Source of the DNA: Antedon mediterranea
Taxonomy: Eukaryota; Animalia; Echinodermata
NCBI RefSeq assembly: GCF_964355755.1
Contig: NC_092674.1
Span: 29,388,001 to 29,452,000 of the forward strand
Reading direction: 5' to 3'
DNA: 64,000 nt
Part shown: one piece after another, positions 1 through 13,000 of the stretch
Numbering within the stretch: position 1 is the stretch's first letter
How the letters are laid out: each line of letters starts with the position of its first letter
Notes under the pieces: generated by a model
The model's input: the letters and a program-made list of their open reading frames with translations, nothing else
What the model was told of the DNA's origin: nothing
Database searches by the model: none
Translations under genes and position numbers: made by a program

Positions 1-42
1 TATAGATTCTGAAGTTTCTGTACATTCACTGTAGTTTATTTA

Positions 43-170
43 AAGCCTTGTCTACATCAAACTTTATGTGACAAAAAATGTGATGTGCCCATATATAGAC
101 ATGATATCATATCACTACAGTACCATGTTTGGGCACATCAAACAGTAGTTTGATAGTGTAGACAGAGCTT
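43..170. mobile_element. MITE family M1 (PIF/Harbinger Tourist-like, ~130-200 bp)
   Basis: TIR (a)agctctgtctacactatcaaact...agtttgatagtgtagacagagct(t) in a TWA-rich context. Further full or partial copies at ~748-953, 3167-3236, 3841-3997, 15439-15512, 16739-16842, 26206-26339, 31008-31130, 45978-46136, 47619-47778, 57023-57192, 63495-63635. Confidence 0.8.
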
Positions 171-187
171 TAATCTTTTTTTTTTAG

Positions 188-3100
188 GTGGCTTGTGAAA
201 GGATTACAGAAGCAGGTTTGGATTTCTCTTGATAACACAGGATGCAAAGATGTGCGAATTGTCTTAGATCTTGAACAGTCTAGCATTGATTCACATGGAG
301 GGGTCATAGGTGGCAGGCTGGAGATGACAAAATTCCATAGTACAGGTATAGTCAACATGGAACTTTATAACTATTAGGAAATATCTTAGACAGAAAAGAT
401 GTTTAAAGATTTAGTATTTACATTACTTTGTTACTTAATTGCACCGTTTTTTTATATTAAAAAAAGAGTATTACAGAATCAAATGTGAACATAGCTTAAT
501 GGTAATTTTGCAATGTAGGTCATATTATGGAGCAGCCTGGTAAAGAACCAAAGCACACAGTGGCAGCCAAACTGGATGACTTGAGTGTTAGAGTTGACTA
601 CATGGGAGGGAGTACTCTACTATGTCAGCTAACTGAGGTTGACCTCAATATAAAGGATGAGTGGAGGTTGAACCTGTCAGATCCGGCTCAAGCTAGTAGC
701 ACAACAAGGTTAGTGATTATTATCATTATAAGCAGAGCCTACCTCTGAAGCTCTGTCTACACAATCAAACTAGACAAATAAAGTGTGATGTTCCCAAATA
801 GGGTAGTGATATTCAAAAATATATTTTTTTTTTTATTTCATCATATAAATCATTACAAAGGAAACATAATAAAATATTGTAGTGATATGATATCATCATG
901 TTCATATATGGGAACATCACATTTTCAGATGTTTGGTAGTGTAGACAGAGCTTAACAGTGTAAAGATGAAGATATAAACAAGTTCATTCCATTTGAACAC
1001 TTTAACAATTATCTAAATCTATTTTATTTAGCTCATTCATTTTTCTTTATCAGACCTGCATCCATATTTGTCCTCATTGATTTCAAATGGGATACTGTAC
1101 AGATGATGATCACACGGTCAACGACCCCTGACCTTATCAAGATCATCAATAAGCTAACAGAGTTCATTAGTCAACAGTTCCACAGCAGCAAGATGGCGTT
1201 TGCCAGTTTAGGGAGTGAGATTCTGACAAAACCAATAATCCCACCACAAAAAGCAACAAAAGCAACACCGCCGCCACAAGGTAAAATACAGAAAACTAAT
1301 CTTCAAATAGAAACATTTTCACTCCTTAAGCAGATATTTAAAGATGTATTGTTCCTCAAAAACATTAAAAATTTTAAGTTAATAAAAAATTGATTTTGAA
1401 TAAGCCCAGTTCAATAAAGTTAATCACTTCCGTATAAAAAGGAAACTAAAAATGTTTCACTTATAAAAAGACAAAATAAACGGTTAAATTCAATCAAAAA
1501 CCCATTTACTTCAATTCGACTATTTTTTGCTTTATATTACAGGTTTTTCAGGATTTTTCTTTTTTTATCCATATTTTGGTGAAAGTGAATAACTATTATG
1601 TGACATGTTCAACAAAACATTAAAACAATATTTTTCAGGAGGACAATACATCTTTAATTGAAGGAATCCATTTTTGTTTTCATCGTTTTACATTATCATT
1701 ATTATTTCATTTCTAAATTTGTAACTAACCTACCTTTTACAGCTGTCCAAAATCACCATCGTCACTGGCAGCCTGTTTCAAGTTTCCTCTCCGATTGTGC
1801 AAATTGGGTTTTTGGTGAAATGAGCATTCCAGAATTGGGCACCGTTCTTGGTGGTCAAGTGAAACTTTCCGGTAACAGTGTTCTTCTTGCGTGTTTTGGT
1901 GGAATCAATTTCAGAGCAAAGTCGTGGGCTTTGTTTGCTCTACGAGAGCCAACCATACACTTTGATGTTGAGTCAATGAAAGTGCAAGAGAATACTCCAG
2001 GTATGTGTGTTTTAAATTCCATATGATTTGAAATTAATAAAACTACAAGGGAATAGTCCAGGTATGTGTTTTTATATTTCAGTTTTATATGAAATTGAAA
2101 AAATTCCAGGTATATGTTTTATGTGTTATTTGATACATTGTTAAATAAGTTCATTTGGATCTGATAATATAATGTGATAAAAAGTTACTTCTATATGATC
2201 CAATATAATGTCAAGTTTGTAAGATGATATCGGTACTTACATTTCCAGAGAACTTGACGTTTCGCCTACTAACAGCAAGGCATAATCATAAGTGAATACG
2301 TTCTGGTGACGTAGTGGATGACGTTACGGTGACACATTTACGATAACATTCTAAAAGGTAAAGAGACCGACCCCCGCACATCCCGCTTGGATAACACCAA
2401 ACGGTAAACTTCACAATGGCTCCTTTCAACCGTGTCACCGTAACGTCACCGCTACGTCACCAGAACGTATTCACTTTTGATTATGCCTTGCTGTTAGTAG
2501 GCGAAACGTCAAGTTCTCTGGAAATGTAAGTACCGATATCATCTTACAAACTTGACATTATATTGGATCATATAGAAGTAACTTTTTATCATATTATATT
2601 TGATACATTCTTTGAGTACAAAAATGTGTAATTTTAACCAGAAATGAAATTGATTCAATCTTCATGTTTCAGAGTCTGATACTTTGACCTTGCAAGATCT
2701 ACAGTTTTACTTGGGACACAATCAGGTTCAACGAAACAGTAATGGCACCATGGCCAGTATCTATCGCATCACCGCGTCTGAACGCTCAAACTACCCTGCC
2801 ACCGGTGCATCAATTCAGCAGTGCTTCCAGTATATATGTTCAATTACTATGCATGAAGGTATGAATGAATTTCCCTGTCACTAATTGCATCATGCAACAC
2901 AGCTAGTAAGGCCGTAGCGAGAGGGTTAAAACAGACAAGGCAAAGATGCTTTAAATATTATTATTAATATAAAATACGACAAGCTGTGCTAGGGGATTGG
3001 GAATGGTGGTCAAAACTGAAAATTTACCTCATGCTGGCCACGGCACTGACTAGTAAGTTCAGGAAGAGATGTATGTCATCCTTTCTAAGATATCATTACG

Positions 3101-4552
3101 ACCTATAGATAGCTCTTGTTCGTTTGTTCATTACAGACTTACTGATAATAAAATGTTCTTAATCTCAAACTTTATGCCCATATATGGACATGATGACATC
3201 ATATCACTACTAGTTTGATAGTGTAGACAGACCTTTAGGCAAGACCTCATACACTGAAGGATGTATGTAATAATGTGTATTAACTAAATTTAATCTATAT
3301 TTGTTTTTTATTCAGATCTTCGTCCATTCCTACAAGCCATTCCATCCGTAGAGGAAAACATTCGATACAAACATGAGGCTGTCCCAATTTTTTGTCTTCC
3401 TAAACTTCACCTTCAAATGAGATCTAAACATCTTCAGGGAAGAAACATTCCAACAGGTTGGTGCAAAGAGCTGCTTACCTTTAAGAGTAAATAATGATAA
3501 ATACTTTAAAAAATGTCCATGATAAAAGCTGGTACTGATTTAGGTTGTTGCATAGTACAAACACAGTAATGAATGCATGTATTAACTTTAAACTACTAAT
3601 GTTTTTTTTCCAATTTAATTCCAATATTCAGATGAGAAACCAATGGTTGATGTAACATTCATAACACAATTTGATGACCACATCCACATGGCAATGGACA
3701 TTGAACTGGTTATATTTTTACATGATCTAGTGTCCAGTTACATTGACAAGAAAGATAAAGGTAATAAATGCAATGGTCAAGTGTCCACTACTACACTGTA
3801 CACTATTTTGCATTACTTATTTAACTTTAAACATTTTTTTAAGCTCTGTCTACACTATCAAACTTTATGTGACAATGTGATGTGCCCATATATGGACATG
3901 ATGATGTCATATCACTACGATATTTGGGAATATCACCACCATATTTGGGCACATCACATTTTTTTGTCAAACTAGTTTGATAGTGTAGAAGGAGCTTAAT
4001 ATATTACTTTTTTTGTCATTACTGCAGTAATTGACTTTTTTCTGTAGTGCTTTAACAATAAATTGTTTGTTTAAGATCTTTCAAAGACTACTCCTTTAGC
4101 TCCAGACAAGAAACTAGCCGATATGACACCGTCTCGTGGAGAAGAAGACTGGCGTGTCTTCCAATGCACAACATGGCAACTAGAGCCAACAGTCAGGTAC
4201 GCACGATCAACTTAAGGACATAACAGATGTTTAAAACGTCTTTAAACTTACCTCTTAGATAACTTTAGGGTTTTTTCTATATTTTTAAGCTCATACTGTG
4301 GTTATTTTCACTTGTTTCTTGTTATTTGCTTGATACCTTTTTTCCTTTTGTTGCAGACTTCTGTCTCTTGGTGGTAAAGAAATTGAAGCTTTAGGGGCAG
4401 ATTATATCTTGAATAAATTAGGATTTAAACACGCCAGGACAACAATACCTAAGTGGTTCCAAAGAGGTGCCATGGATCCGATGAACAAGATCCTGGCTCT
4501 TCTGGTACACAATTTACTACAGGCAATGCACAGAGAAGAAAAGGTGCAGTGA
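188..4552 (+). CDS. BLTP1: Bridge-like lipid transfer protein 1 (KIAA1109/tweek), C-terminal nine coding exons; gene begins upstream of the window
   Basis: GT-AG exons in continuous frame: 188-345, 519-708, 1054-1280, 1743-2000, 2673-2858, 3316-3456, 3632-3760, 4076-4196, 4357-4552 (TGA). Peptides RVDYMGGSTLL, MMITRSTTPDL, HHRHW, ACFGGINFRAKSWALF, DWRVFQCTTWQLEPTVRLLS, LGFKHARTTIPKWFQRGAMDP match the recalled KIAA1109/FSA C-terminus. Confidence 0.93.
748..953. mobile_element. MITE family M1 copy in a BLTP1 intron
   Basis: aagctctgtctacac at the left end and gtgtagacagagctt at the right end. Confidence 0.75.
2166..2600. mobile_element. Long inverted repeat (~170-bp arms, ~95-bp spacer) with hammerhead-like motifs; probable Penelope-like retroelement remnant or foldback element
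   Basis: 2166-2336 is a near-perfect reverse complement of ~2432-2600. Direct repeat tatttgatacatt at 2127-2139 and 2597-2609. Each arm contains actt-(a/t)tgatta-tgcct...aggc-gaaac-gtc-aagt. Confidence 0.7.
2907..3048. mobile_element. Short non-autonomous TIR element (hAT-like), inverted relative to the copy at 6514-6671
   Basis: Ends aggccgtagc...gccacggcactg. The internal gcaaagatgctttaaata is the reverse complement of 6621-6638. Confidence 0.55.
3841..3997. mobile_element. MITE family M1 full-length copy
   Basis: aagctctgtctacactatcaaact ... agtttgatagtgtagaaggagctt. Confidence 0.8.
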
Positions 4553-4895
4553 TGGTGCATATAGAGAAGAAGTTAGAGAGATGTTGCCAAAACAGCAAGA
4601 TCTTTTGCTGTTTTTACTACATGCTATGCACAGAGAAGAAAGGTGGAAGTGATGTTGCTAAAACAGCAAGATCTTTTGCTAAAAAAGAGTATTTAAAAAG
4701 AGGAAAAGTTACAGCGATAATGCTGAGAAGAAGTTAGAGTGATGTTGGGAAAACAGCAATATCTTTTGCTGTTTTTATGAACAGAGAAGAAAAAGGTACA
4801 GTGATGGTGCATGTAGAGAAGAAAAGTAAGTGGGGTTGACAAAACAACAAGATGTTTTGCTGTGTTACAGAGTATGCAAAGAGAAGAAAAGTTTA
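4520..4895 (+). repeat. Degenerate tandem duplications of the BLTP1 stop-codon region within the 3' UTR
   Basis: Motifs cagagaagaaaaggt(g/a)cagtgatggtgcat and gatgttg..aaaacagcaagatcttttgctg recur about 4 times between 4530 and 4890. Confidence 0.7.
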
Positions 4896-5756
4896 TAGAA
4901 GATCATTATTTACAAATTACCTATTAAGTTCTTGAGACTGCCTAACATTTGTTTTTAAAGGCCTTTAGTTATGTTTTTATATCATATTTTTAATGTTTAT
5001 CATCAATAATTTTATTCATAATAATACCTTTTTACATATTGCAATAATATAAGTAGTTAAATCTTAACAAACCGGACACCCTTTGGCTGGCCCAAAATGT
5101 TTTCCAATTGATTTTAGGACAATGTTCAGGAGCCTTTCTTGTTTTCCGGAAGTTCAGTATCATAGAGTAGACTGTATTACATTTTTATTAATAATGTAAT
5201 ATTATATTATAAACTAGTGTATATAATAATCTTATAATCATCAATTTTGTAAGATATTTTAGTGTATGTTATGTTTTGTTTCATTATGTAAAAATATTTA
5301 TACAGTATTATCAAAAAAATAGCAGTTATCAACTAATATTACTTTATCATGTAAATATAATTTACCAAGTATTCAAATAGTTTTGGTTACTAATTAAATA
5401 ACAATCAATGTTAGGCATCCACCTAAATAAAATTATGTATTTTATTTTGTGAATATAAAATTGTGTGAAAAACTACTGTATATTAAAAAGTATTTTCTTT
5501 TCTATTAACTTCCTACATAATGTCATCAAAGAATGATTACAAACGTTGATAGTACAGGTATTATTAACAATTGATAATAATACTAGTACAATGTTTTGTT
5601 TTTTGCTATCATTTAATACATCAAAAACAATCAAACATAATCTACATCAGTAATATTATTATAATGCCGATAATATTTATTATAACAGCACACCGATTAG
5701 TAGGTCTATGTTACGAGGCAAAATAGAGGTGTTTGTCTGGGAAAAGTATCGAATTG

Positions 5757-6402
5757 TGGTTTCCACTCTGAGACGCAACGCAAAGGTATGTGACGCAACG
5801 CAAAGATACGTGACACAACACAAAGATACGTGACGCAACGCAAAGAAACGTGACGCAACACAAAGATACATAGACAACGCAAAGATACGTGACGCAACGC
5901 AAAGATACGTAAACAACGCAAAGATACGTGACGCAACACAAAGATACGCGACGCAACGCAAAGATACGTAGACAACGCAAAGATACGTGACGCAACACAA
6001 AGATACATAGACAACGCAAAGATACGTGACACAACACAAAGATACGTGACGCAACACAAAGATACATAGACAACGCAAAGATACGTGACACAACACAAAG
6101 ATACGTGACGCAACGCAAAGATACGTAGACAACGCAAAGATACGTGACGCAACACAAAGATACGTGACGCAACGCAAACATACGTAGACAACGCAATGAT
6201 ACGTGACGCAACGCAAAGATACATAAACAACGCAAAGATACGTGACACAACACAAAGATACGTGACGCAACGCAAAGATACATAGACAACGCAAAGATAC
6301 GTGACACAACACAAAGATACGTGACGCAACGCAAAGATACGTAGACAACGCAAAGATACGTGACGCAGCACAAAGATACATGGACAACGCAGTGAGTTGA
6401 TC
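5757..6402. repeat. Minisatellite (19/20-bp units, ~30 copies) expanded inside a MITE of family M2
   Basis: Units gatacgtgacgcaacgcaaa and gatacatagacaacgcaaa. The array is preceded by tggtttccact (M2 TIR) and followed by gagttgatcaa (M2 internal sequence). Confidence 0.85.
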
Positions 6403-6513
6403 AAGCCTTAGCCTATTCCTAAAATGTACAACAGTAAAGTGCTTTTTTTCCCCGCGGATGGCATTTGTTCCCATCCCTTCACTATTCACACGTATCATTA
6501 GAAATACTGACGA

Positions 6514-6671
6514 CAGGGCCGTAGCTAGCATGAGGCAGACTAGACGCTCGCCTTGTCTGAAATTTTCACTACCCATCCCAATTCCCTAGCAGAGATCGTC
6601 ATATTTTATATTAATAATTATATTTAAAGCATCTTTGCTTCGTCTGTTTTTAACCTCTCGCTACGGCCTTG
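6514..6671. mobile_element. Short non-autonomous TIR element (hAT-like)
   Basis: TIR cagggccgtagc / gctacggccttg; near-duplicated flanks ctgacga / ctgacta. Confidence 0.6.
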
Positions 6672-7038
6672 CTGACTATCAGTAATTTCAAACGTCCTGT
6701 CGTTTGAAAGTGCAATATGGATGTTGACAAATTTGAACGTTAGCTCAATGTGGCAAAACAATCGAAACTTATCCCTAAAACCCAAAATTTGTCAATAATA
6801 ACTTCTACGATTACTAGAAAATAATAATAATAGTTCATTCATTATATAACGCATATAAGCAAGCTCTCAATGCGCTGCACATTATTATCCTGGTCATTTT
6901 AAATCAAACACGTATGGAATCATACTAACATAATAATGCAGCTAGTAATCAGCGCAAAGTTGTGTCTTGATCTAACCGCTCTCGAAAGCCACCGCAATAA
7001 TACAGCTGGGTTCATTATTTTCTTCTTCAGTTACGTCA

Positions 7039-10000
7039 TTAATTTCCCAATTTTACGTCGATCGTCATCGCACGTGCAACTCCAATATCTGAAATCACAA
7101 TAATAAAATCAACTAAAAAAGTAGGCCTACATTTTATTCTTATAGATTACATTAACTGTCCACGCAATGGTATATTTGTTTGAATTAATTTTGTTCTTTC
7201 GTATAATATTCAGAAGACGGTAGGTATATTTTGACTGAAATGTAGATTTTTTTCTCCTTTGAACTTCATAAACAAACCCACACCGTGTATTCTTTTTATA
7301 ATATATATATCTTGTACATTATTTCGGAATTCAATGAATATTTATGGGATGCCTGGACGGCCTTTCCTAGGCCCTAGGTTTGACATTTTGTGGGATACTG
7401 TTGAGCCAAAGCAATCTTAACAACAGGATGCATGGGCTCCGGAGATCAAAAGGTTTATCTATGGCTGCGACAAAATCAGTTCACAACGGACTATTACGAG
7501 TTCCTGCCTTGGCAAGGTGAGCTCAGTGTCCTGATTGTCCTTGATTGGGCCTACTTACTTCCTGTGTACCAATTCTGTCTAGTTGTTGCTCGACTATAAA
7601 GTATTACTGGGCTTGAGTCGTATCCTTGCCACTCTATGCATCCAGTTCCTTCATCGACTATCAACCAGCCTATGTCTCCAGCACATCCTCCATAATAACT
7701 GTTGATGAAAAATCTTCTTCTACAATAATAAAAACAGACGGAATACCGTAATTAATTTTGTTGTTGAGGTTCCAATCCGGCGCCCACTCTATTAAAGCTT
7801 GGTTCCCACTAGAACGTAACGCAAGGACGTAAACGCAACGCAAGCGTTTTAACCAATGACAAGCGAAGTTATAGACAGTTAGCAATCAAAAGCGAATAAG
7901 CCATCGCTTGTGATTGGTCAATTCACTTGCGTTGCGTTACGTCCTTGCGTTGCGTCGCTAGTGGGAACCACGCTTCAGTGGTGCTCAGGAAACCAATATC
8001 TGAGTGTTTTAAACTAAACGTGAAGTAAAATTCATTTGGTGTATCGTAACATTAAGTGTGTCTATTGTCAGTTTGCACCGCCGTGATAATACGTACTGCG
8101 TACTAAAAGCAAGGACAAATAAGCTTGGTTCAAACCATACGACGCAACGCAAAGCGAGTTGACCAATGACAAGCAACAGTTCGAATAATCCATCGCTTGT
8201 AATTGGTTAGATTGCTTACGTCGTGCTTACGTCGACCTAGTGGGAACCAAGCGTAAAGCACATCTCTGATTGAAGCGTACGTACGAGTGCGCTTATGAAT
8301 GTGTCTTCGGTGATTTTACATGACGTGTTCTGCAGTTGCCTTTTGCGGTATGAGTGTATAGTCACGTGGTGTACTCTCAACATTACTTAGTGTACACTAT
8401 CAACATTATTATTCGTCAGTAATTTTTTCATATACGTTTGACTCTCACTGGCTAAATCCGGCATTCAAATTATGTCGAAAAAGCTAAAAATGCCCAATGC
8501 CTCCCAGCCAGCGTTGGAGGGGCCTGGGGCTTTTGTGTTACGCCATTGCACGGGATATAAGAAGAAGAAAGTGATAATAACGAACTCATTGCTACTTTGA
8601 CCATCAATACTGAAATAGTTGACGCTCTGTGTTGTCAGATCACTCCACGGCGAATACTCGACGTTTTCCCGTGCGAACCAGGTGTCCTTGGTGGTACCTA
8701 CTCCATTGAACAAGATCGACAGTAACTCTTTGTTGAATTCGGAATACAAAGTCAGCCGTACCTTATATAAAATAAATGCAAAATTGTGAATCCCTGAAAT
8801 TAATTTCCGGCGACAAAGAAGAGGATAAGATTTTTTCCCATCGTTTCACACCAGACACGATAACGAACTCGATAAAGGATATTGGTATCAATAGTGGAAT
8901 ATAGGATCGTAAAGAATGTCTTTATTTATTGTGCACGTGAAGAAAAAAGTTCTAGCCAATCAGAAGAAGGATTCTACTGGAAGAACCTGTCTATTATGCT
9001 TAAAAACGTTTTACCTACAGTAACCCGTCCGTAAATAAACTGAACACTCCTTCAAACTAATCTATTCGGCTGATTTCGATGGCAGCCGAAAAAAACCAAA
9101 AGAGAGCACCGCCTTCCTTAACTGTCATGTTGATAAAACTAATACGCTAACCTACCTTTGTAATACTAAGTGACGACCAGTTGTTCATAATGGCCACGTT
9201 CCTATAGTGCGTATTACTTATCAGAAACCTGTGCGCATGATAACTCGACGCACCCGTACCACTAACCCACGCATCGTAAATACTCAGTCCGTTTCGAGAT
9301 ATTCCTTTGAAGACTCGAGCCCATTGGTGTCCTAAATGGTGTTAATCAACATGTATGTATAATGAATGAATCAATTACATTAGATTTCAAAGCGATAAAC
9401 CCAACGATGGCCACAGTGCACCGCCTACCACAAACGACAGGGGCTAAGATTGATGGGCCCAGTAAACACGTACTCTTCCGACATGGGTCAGATATGTGTT
9501 TGGACGCCTAACAGTTATCCTAAACCAATGACAGCAGTTCGAATAATCCATTGCTTGTAATTGGTCAATTCACTTGCGTTGCGTTGCGTCCTTGTGTTGC
9601 GTTTACTACCCCGAGAAAGCTTAAGCGTGGTTCCCACTAGAACGCAACACAACGTAACGCAGCGACGTATCGACGCAAGGTGCTGTATTGCGTAAATCAC
9701 AAGTGTGAACCGACGACGGAACAGTGCTGTAAAGTCGCAGGTTTGATTTCACGCAGGCGGGAGCAAACACAATTATCGGAAGGGCATTTTCTTACGTTGC
9801 GTAGGTTGCGTTACGTTGCGTTGCTAGTGGGAACCACGCTTTAGACGCAACTTAACGCAGCGACGTATTGACGCAAATCGTTGTATTGCGTAATCACAAG
9901 TGGGAACCGACGATGCAACAGTGCTGTACACATCGCGCGCTACGGGAAATCAAATCAGTTTGATTTCACGCAACAACCCAAGGCAAAAGAACACTGGAAA

Positions 10001-13000
10001 ATATAGTTCAGCTCGTACTCATAGGTATGCGGGGTGAACCAGGTATACGGCACGCTAACGTTGACGCGCAACAAGCAGGTTTGATTTCACGCAGGCGGGG
10101 GCAAACACAATTATTGCAATGGCATTTGCTTACGTTGCGTAGGTTGCGTCGCTAGTGGAAACCAAGCTTTATTCTGCCAGTAGTAGGCCTACAGCGGTAG
10201 CATCTCTGCCATAGGCCTATGCCCTTTACATAAATTAATTCTTGAAACTTCTTAAAACTCATATTGTGAATCTTACCAAATCTGCAGCCAAGAATTTCTA
10301 CACGCATACTTATATAGTTCTTCCATTCCCTGGCGTGGAATTTGATTGCTGTCGCTCGTACTGTCTGAGAAAAATAATGTGCACGTGGGTCGTCTCTGTG
10401 AAAATTACCATCAAAAACCTGCATAAGTAAATAAAATATGTATTTACACAATATTATTAATAGTTTATAGTCAGTAATTTTAATTTTCTGTTTTTGTGAA
10501 AGCTGTTTTTTTTTATTTTTTTATTTTATTTTATTCAATTTCCAGGTAACATACAAAAATCATAAACAAGGTACGGCATCATTCAACAAAACAGAACAAA
10601 AGTACTATCAGCACCTGCGGGTAACCAAAAGTGGATCAGTTCAAAAGAACTGCACTGTCGAGTGGCTTTCCCAACTAATAGTACGAAAAACGCAATAGAC
10701 ATAAAAACACAGTGATAGTCTAGATGAATTCGATATCAGTAATACATTTTTTCAAATCCATTCTAAACCCCCCAAAGTTAAACAGGACTTTGTTACGAAC
10801 TTCATGCGGGATACATTCCCATATTCGAGGGAAATTAACAAACAGGGAGTATTTAAATGCATTAGTTCTAGCATACATGTGTTTAAAGGTGAGCGACTCT
10901 GGATACCGAGAATTAATTGTAAGGTATTCAAATATATCAAAATCAATTAAATTATGCAAACACTTAACTACAAAAATTATACTATGAAATTTCATTCTTT
11001 GAACCATATCTGGTAAATTTAGTATCTTAAGCCTGTCAGTGAAATCGTTAAGCATGTGCACTTGTAACCATAGTGTTATAGACGTATCCAAGTATAGGCC
11101 CATAGGGAAGTTATAAAACATATATTTTTTTTAAGTTGAATGAAGTAATAGCAAACGCATAGTGTATATTATTATAACTAAACAAAAAATGCATTGATCT
11201 TTTTTTCAAATATAAACATTGTACTGTGTATAATTGTATGATTTATTTAAATATTGTTTTTGTTTGTTTTTTTGTTTTTGTTTTTGTTTTTTTAATTTTG
11301 CAATTTGTATGTGCATTTGTAGGAACAAGCATGTGTTGGTCTGGGCCTCCGTGGATAAATAGAGTTGAACTTTAACTTAACAACCTCCGAACTAAGCTGC
11401 ATCTCAATTCTTCTTGTCCAGTCAAAAAGTTTTATAAATTACTGCTTGGTTAGTTACAGAATTTCCAACTTGAAAATTAAAAAAAAAAGGTTTAGACCTA
11501 CCTTTATTTTACCATTTCCGTCCGTGATATATGTCTCTCCCACCTGGTCGACTTCAAAGTAACTAATCGTGTAATGAGTGACCCATTGATCATCGTAAGT
11601 TATATCTCGTCCCTGTGTGACAACGCCTGTGATATTGTGTTCAACCAGTAAATCCACTTTAAGCCATTCGTTTGCGCCTGGATATGTAACCCAGGCTGAA
11701 ACACAGGCACTTGCTGAATTCACATCCCCTTCATTTTTATGTAATCTTCCGCAATACGCATAGCACGCGGCACAATTATATAAAGAACTAGCCGATATCT
11801 GATCATTAAGTATACCCCCTGACTGCATTCCGAGAGCACCAGTACATTCTAGAGAAAATTATAAAATTATTAAGTAAACGTTTACAGAAAATGGTATGTC
11901 GCACGTTTAAAATTTCTATTTTTATTTTTTTTTTGTCAACGGTCGCGTTAGGCGTTCCATACCTTCAACTGGACAGTAATCTGAAACATATCCAGTTGAA
12001 ATACAACGGCAGATGTAACCCTCTTTATTGTCCGATGGCTCACACATCTTCCCAATTCCACAATCAACTACATTGCACTTGCTAAAGCTTCTCTGAAATC
12101 AATAAAAACAATAATTATGTGGTCAGTCCTCGGTGATGATATGAATATAGGTGGACGATCAAATATCTATAATTTATCAATTACAAAATGTAAGAACGTA
12201 CTTTTACAAAGGCGTAATAGAAAGCTAAAAATACTCAGTGTGGATATCCAAACTGATCCACCTCTAATACACTAATATAAATGTTTTTATTATTTAACTT
12301 GTACATTTTTTAATATTTGTACTGGTTTTTTTTGTTACCATTTCCAAGACTTCTATAAACATCCACATAATATTGATTTCATTTCATTTATTTTGTCTCA
12401 TAAAAATACAATATAAAAAAACATGGACATGAACAAGAAAACATCACACAAAACCAGGCAGAGACAGGATACCTAAAAAGCGAACTTAATCACTATCTAG
12501 TAGGTCTCCTATTGCACTGATTGTATAAAAAACATTTAATCAAATTGTCATCCCAACTGACACAAAGTTCATACACGCATAGGCCTACAATTTCATCAGA
12601 GTTTGAACGCGCGCGTACAAATTCAGTATGCTTACAATTTAATCAGAGTTTGAGCGCGCGCGTACAACATAAGTACCAATTCATCAAAATTTGAACGCGC
12701 GCGTAAAATTTGTCACATCCAGTATACTTTACCATTGTTTTTGGCTCCATTTCCAAATACGTTTGTCCAATCTCTGAGACGTAATTTGAAGGATCACTAT
12801 CTTTGGCGATGTTGTTTAAGTCACATGACATCTGACCATTATTATAATTGATGGACTTGCATAGTTCATTTTGAATACATCTTGATATGCACGCAATGCG
12901 GTTTAGGTTCGTTATGGTCTCAATACTGTTACTTTGAAGTTTATAGTCTTGCTCCACGTGAAGTTTGAATACCAATTGAGGATCTGAAAACACGAATGTT

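Noticed and set aside
4453-4737. 94-aa ORF overlapping the BLTP1 end
   Set aside because: It is out of frame with the conserved BLTP1 C-terminus and runs through the repetitive UTR.
5680-6576. Three overlapping Cys-rich ORFs of 220-298 aa
   Set aside because: They are translations of a stop-free minisatellite in all three minus frames, not a protein.
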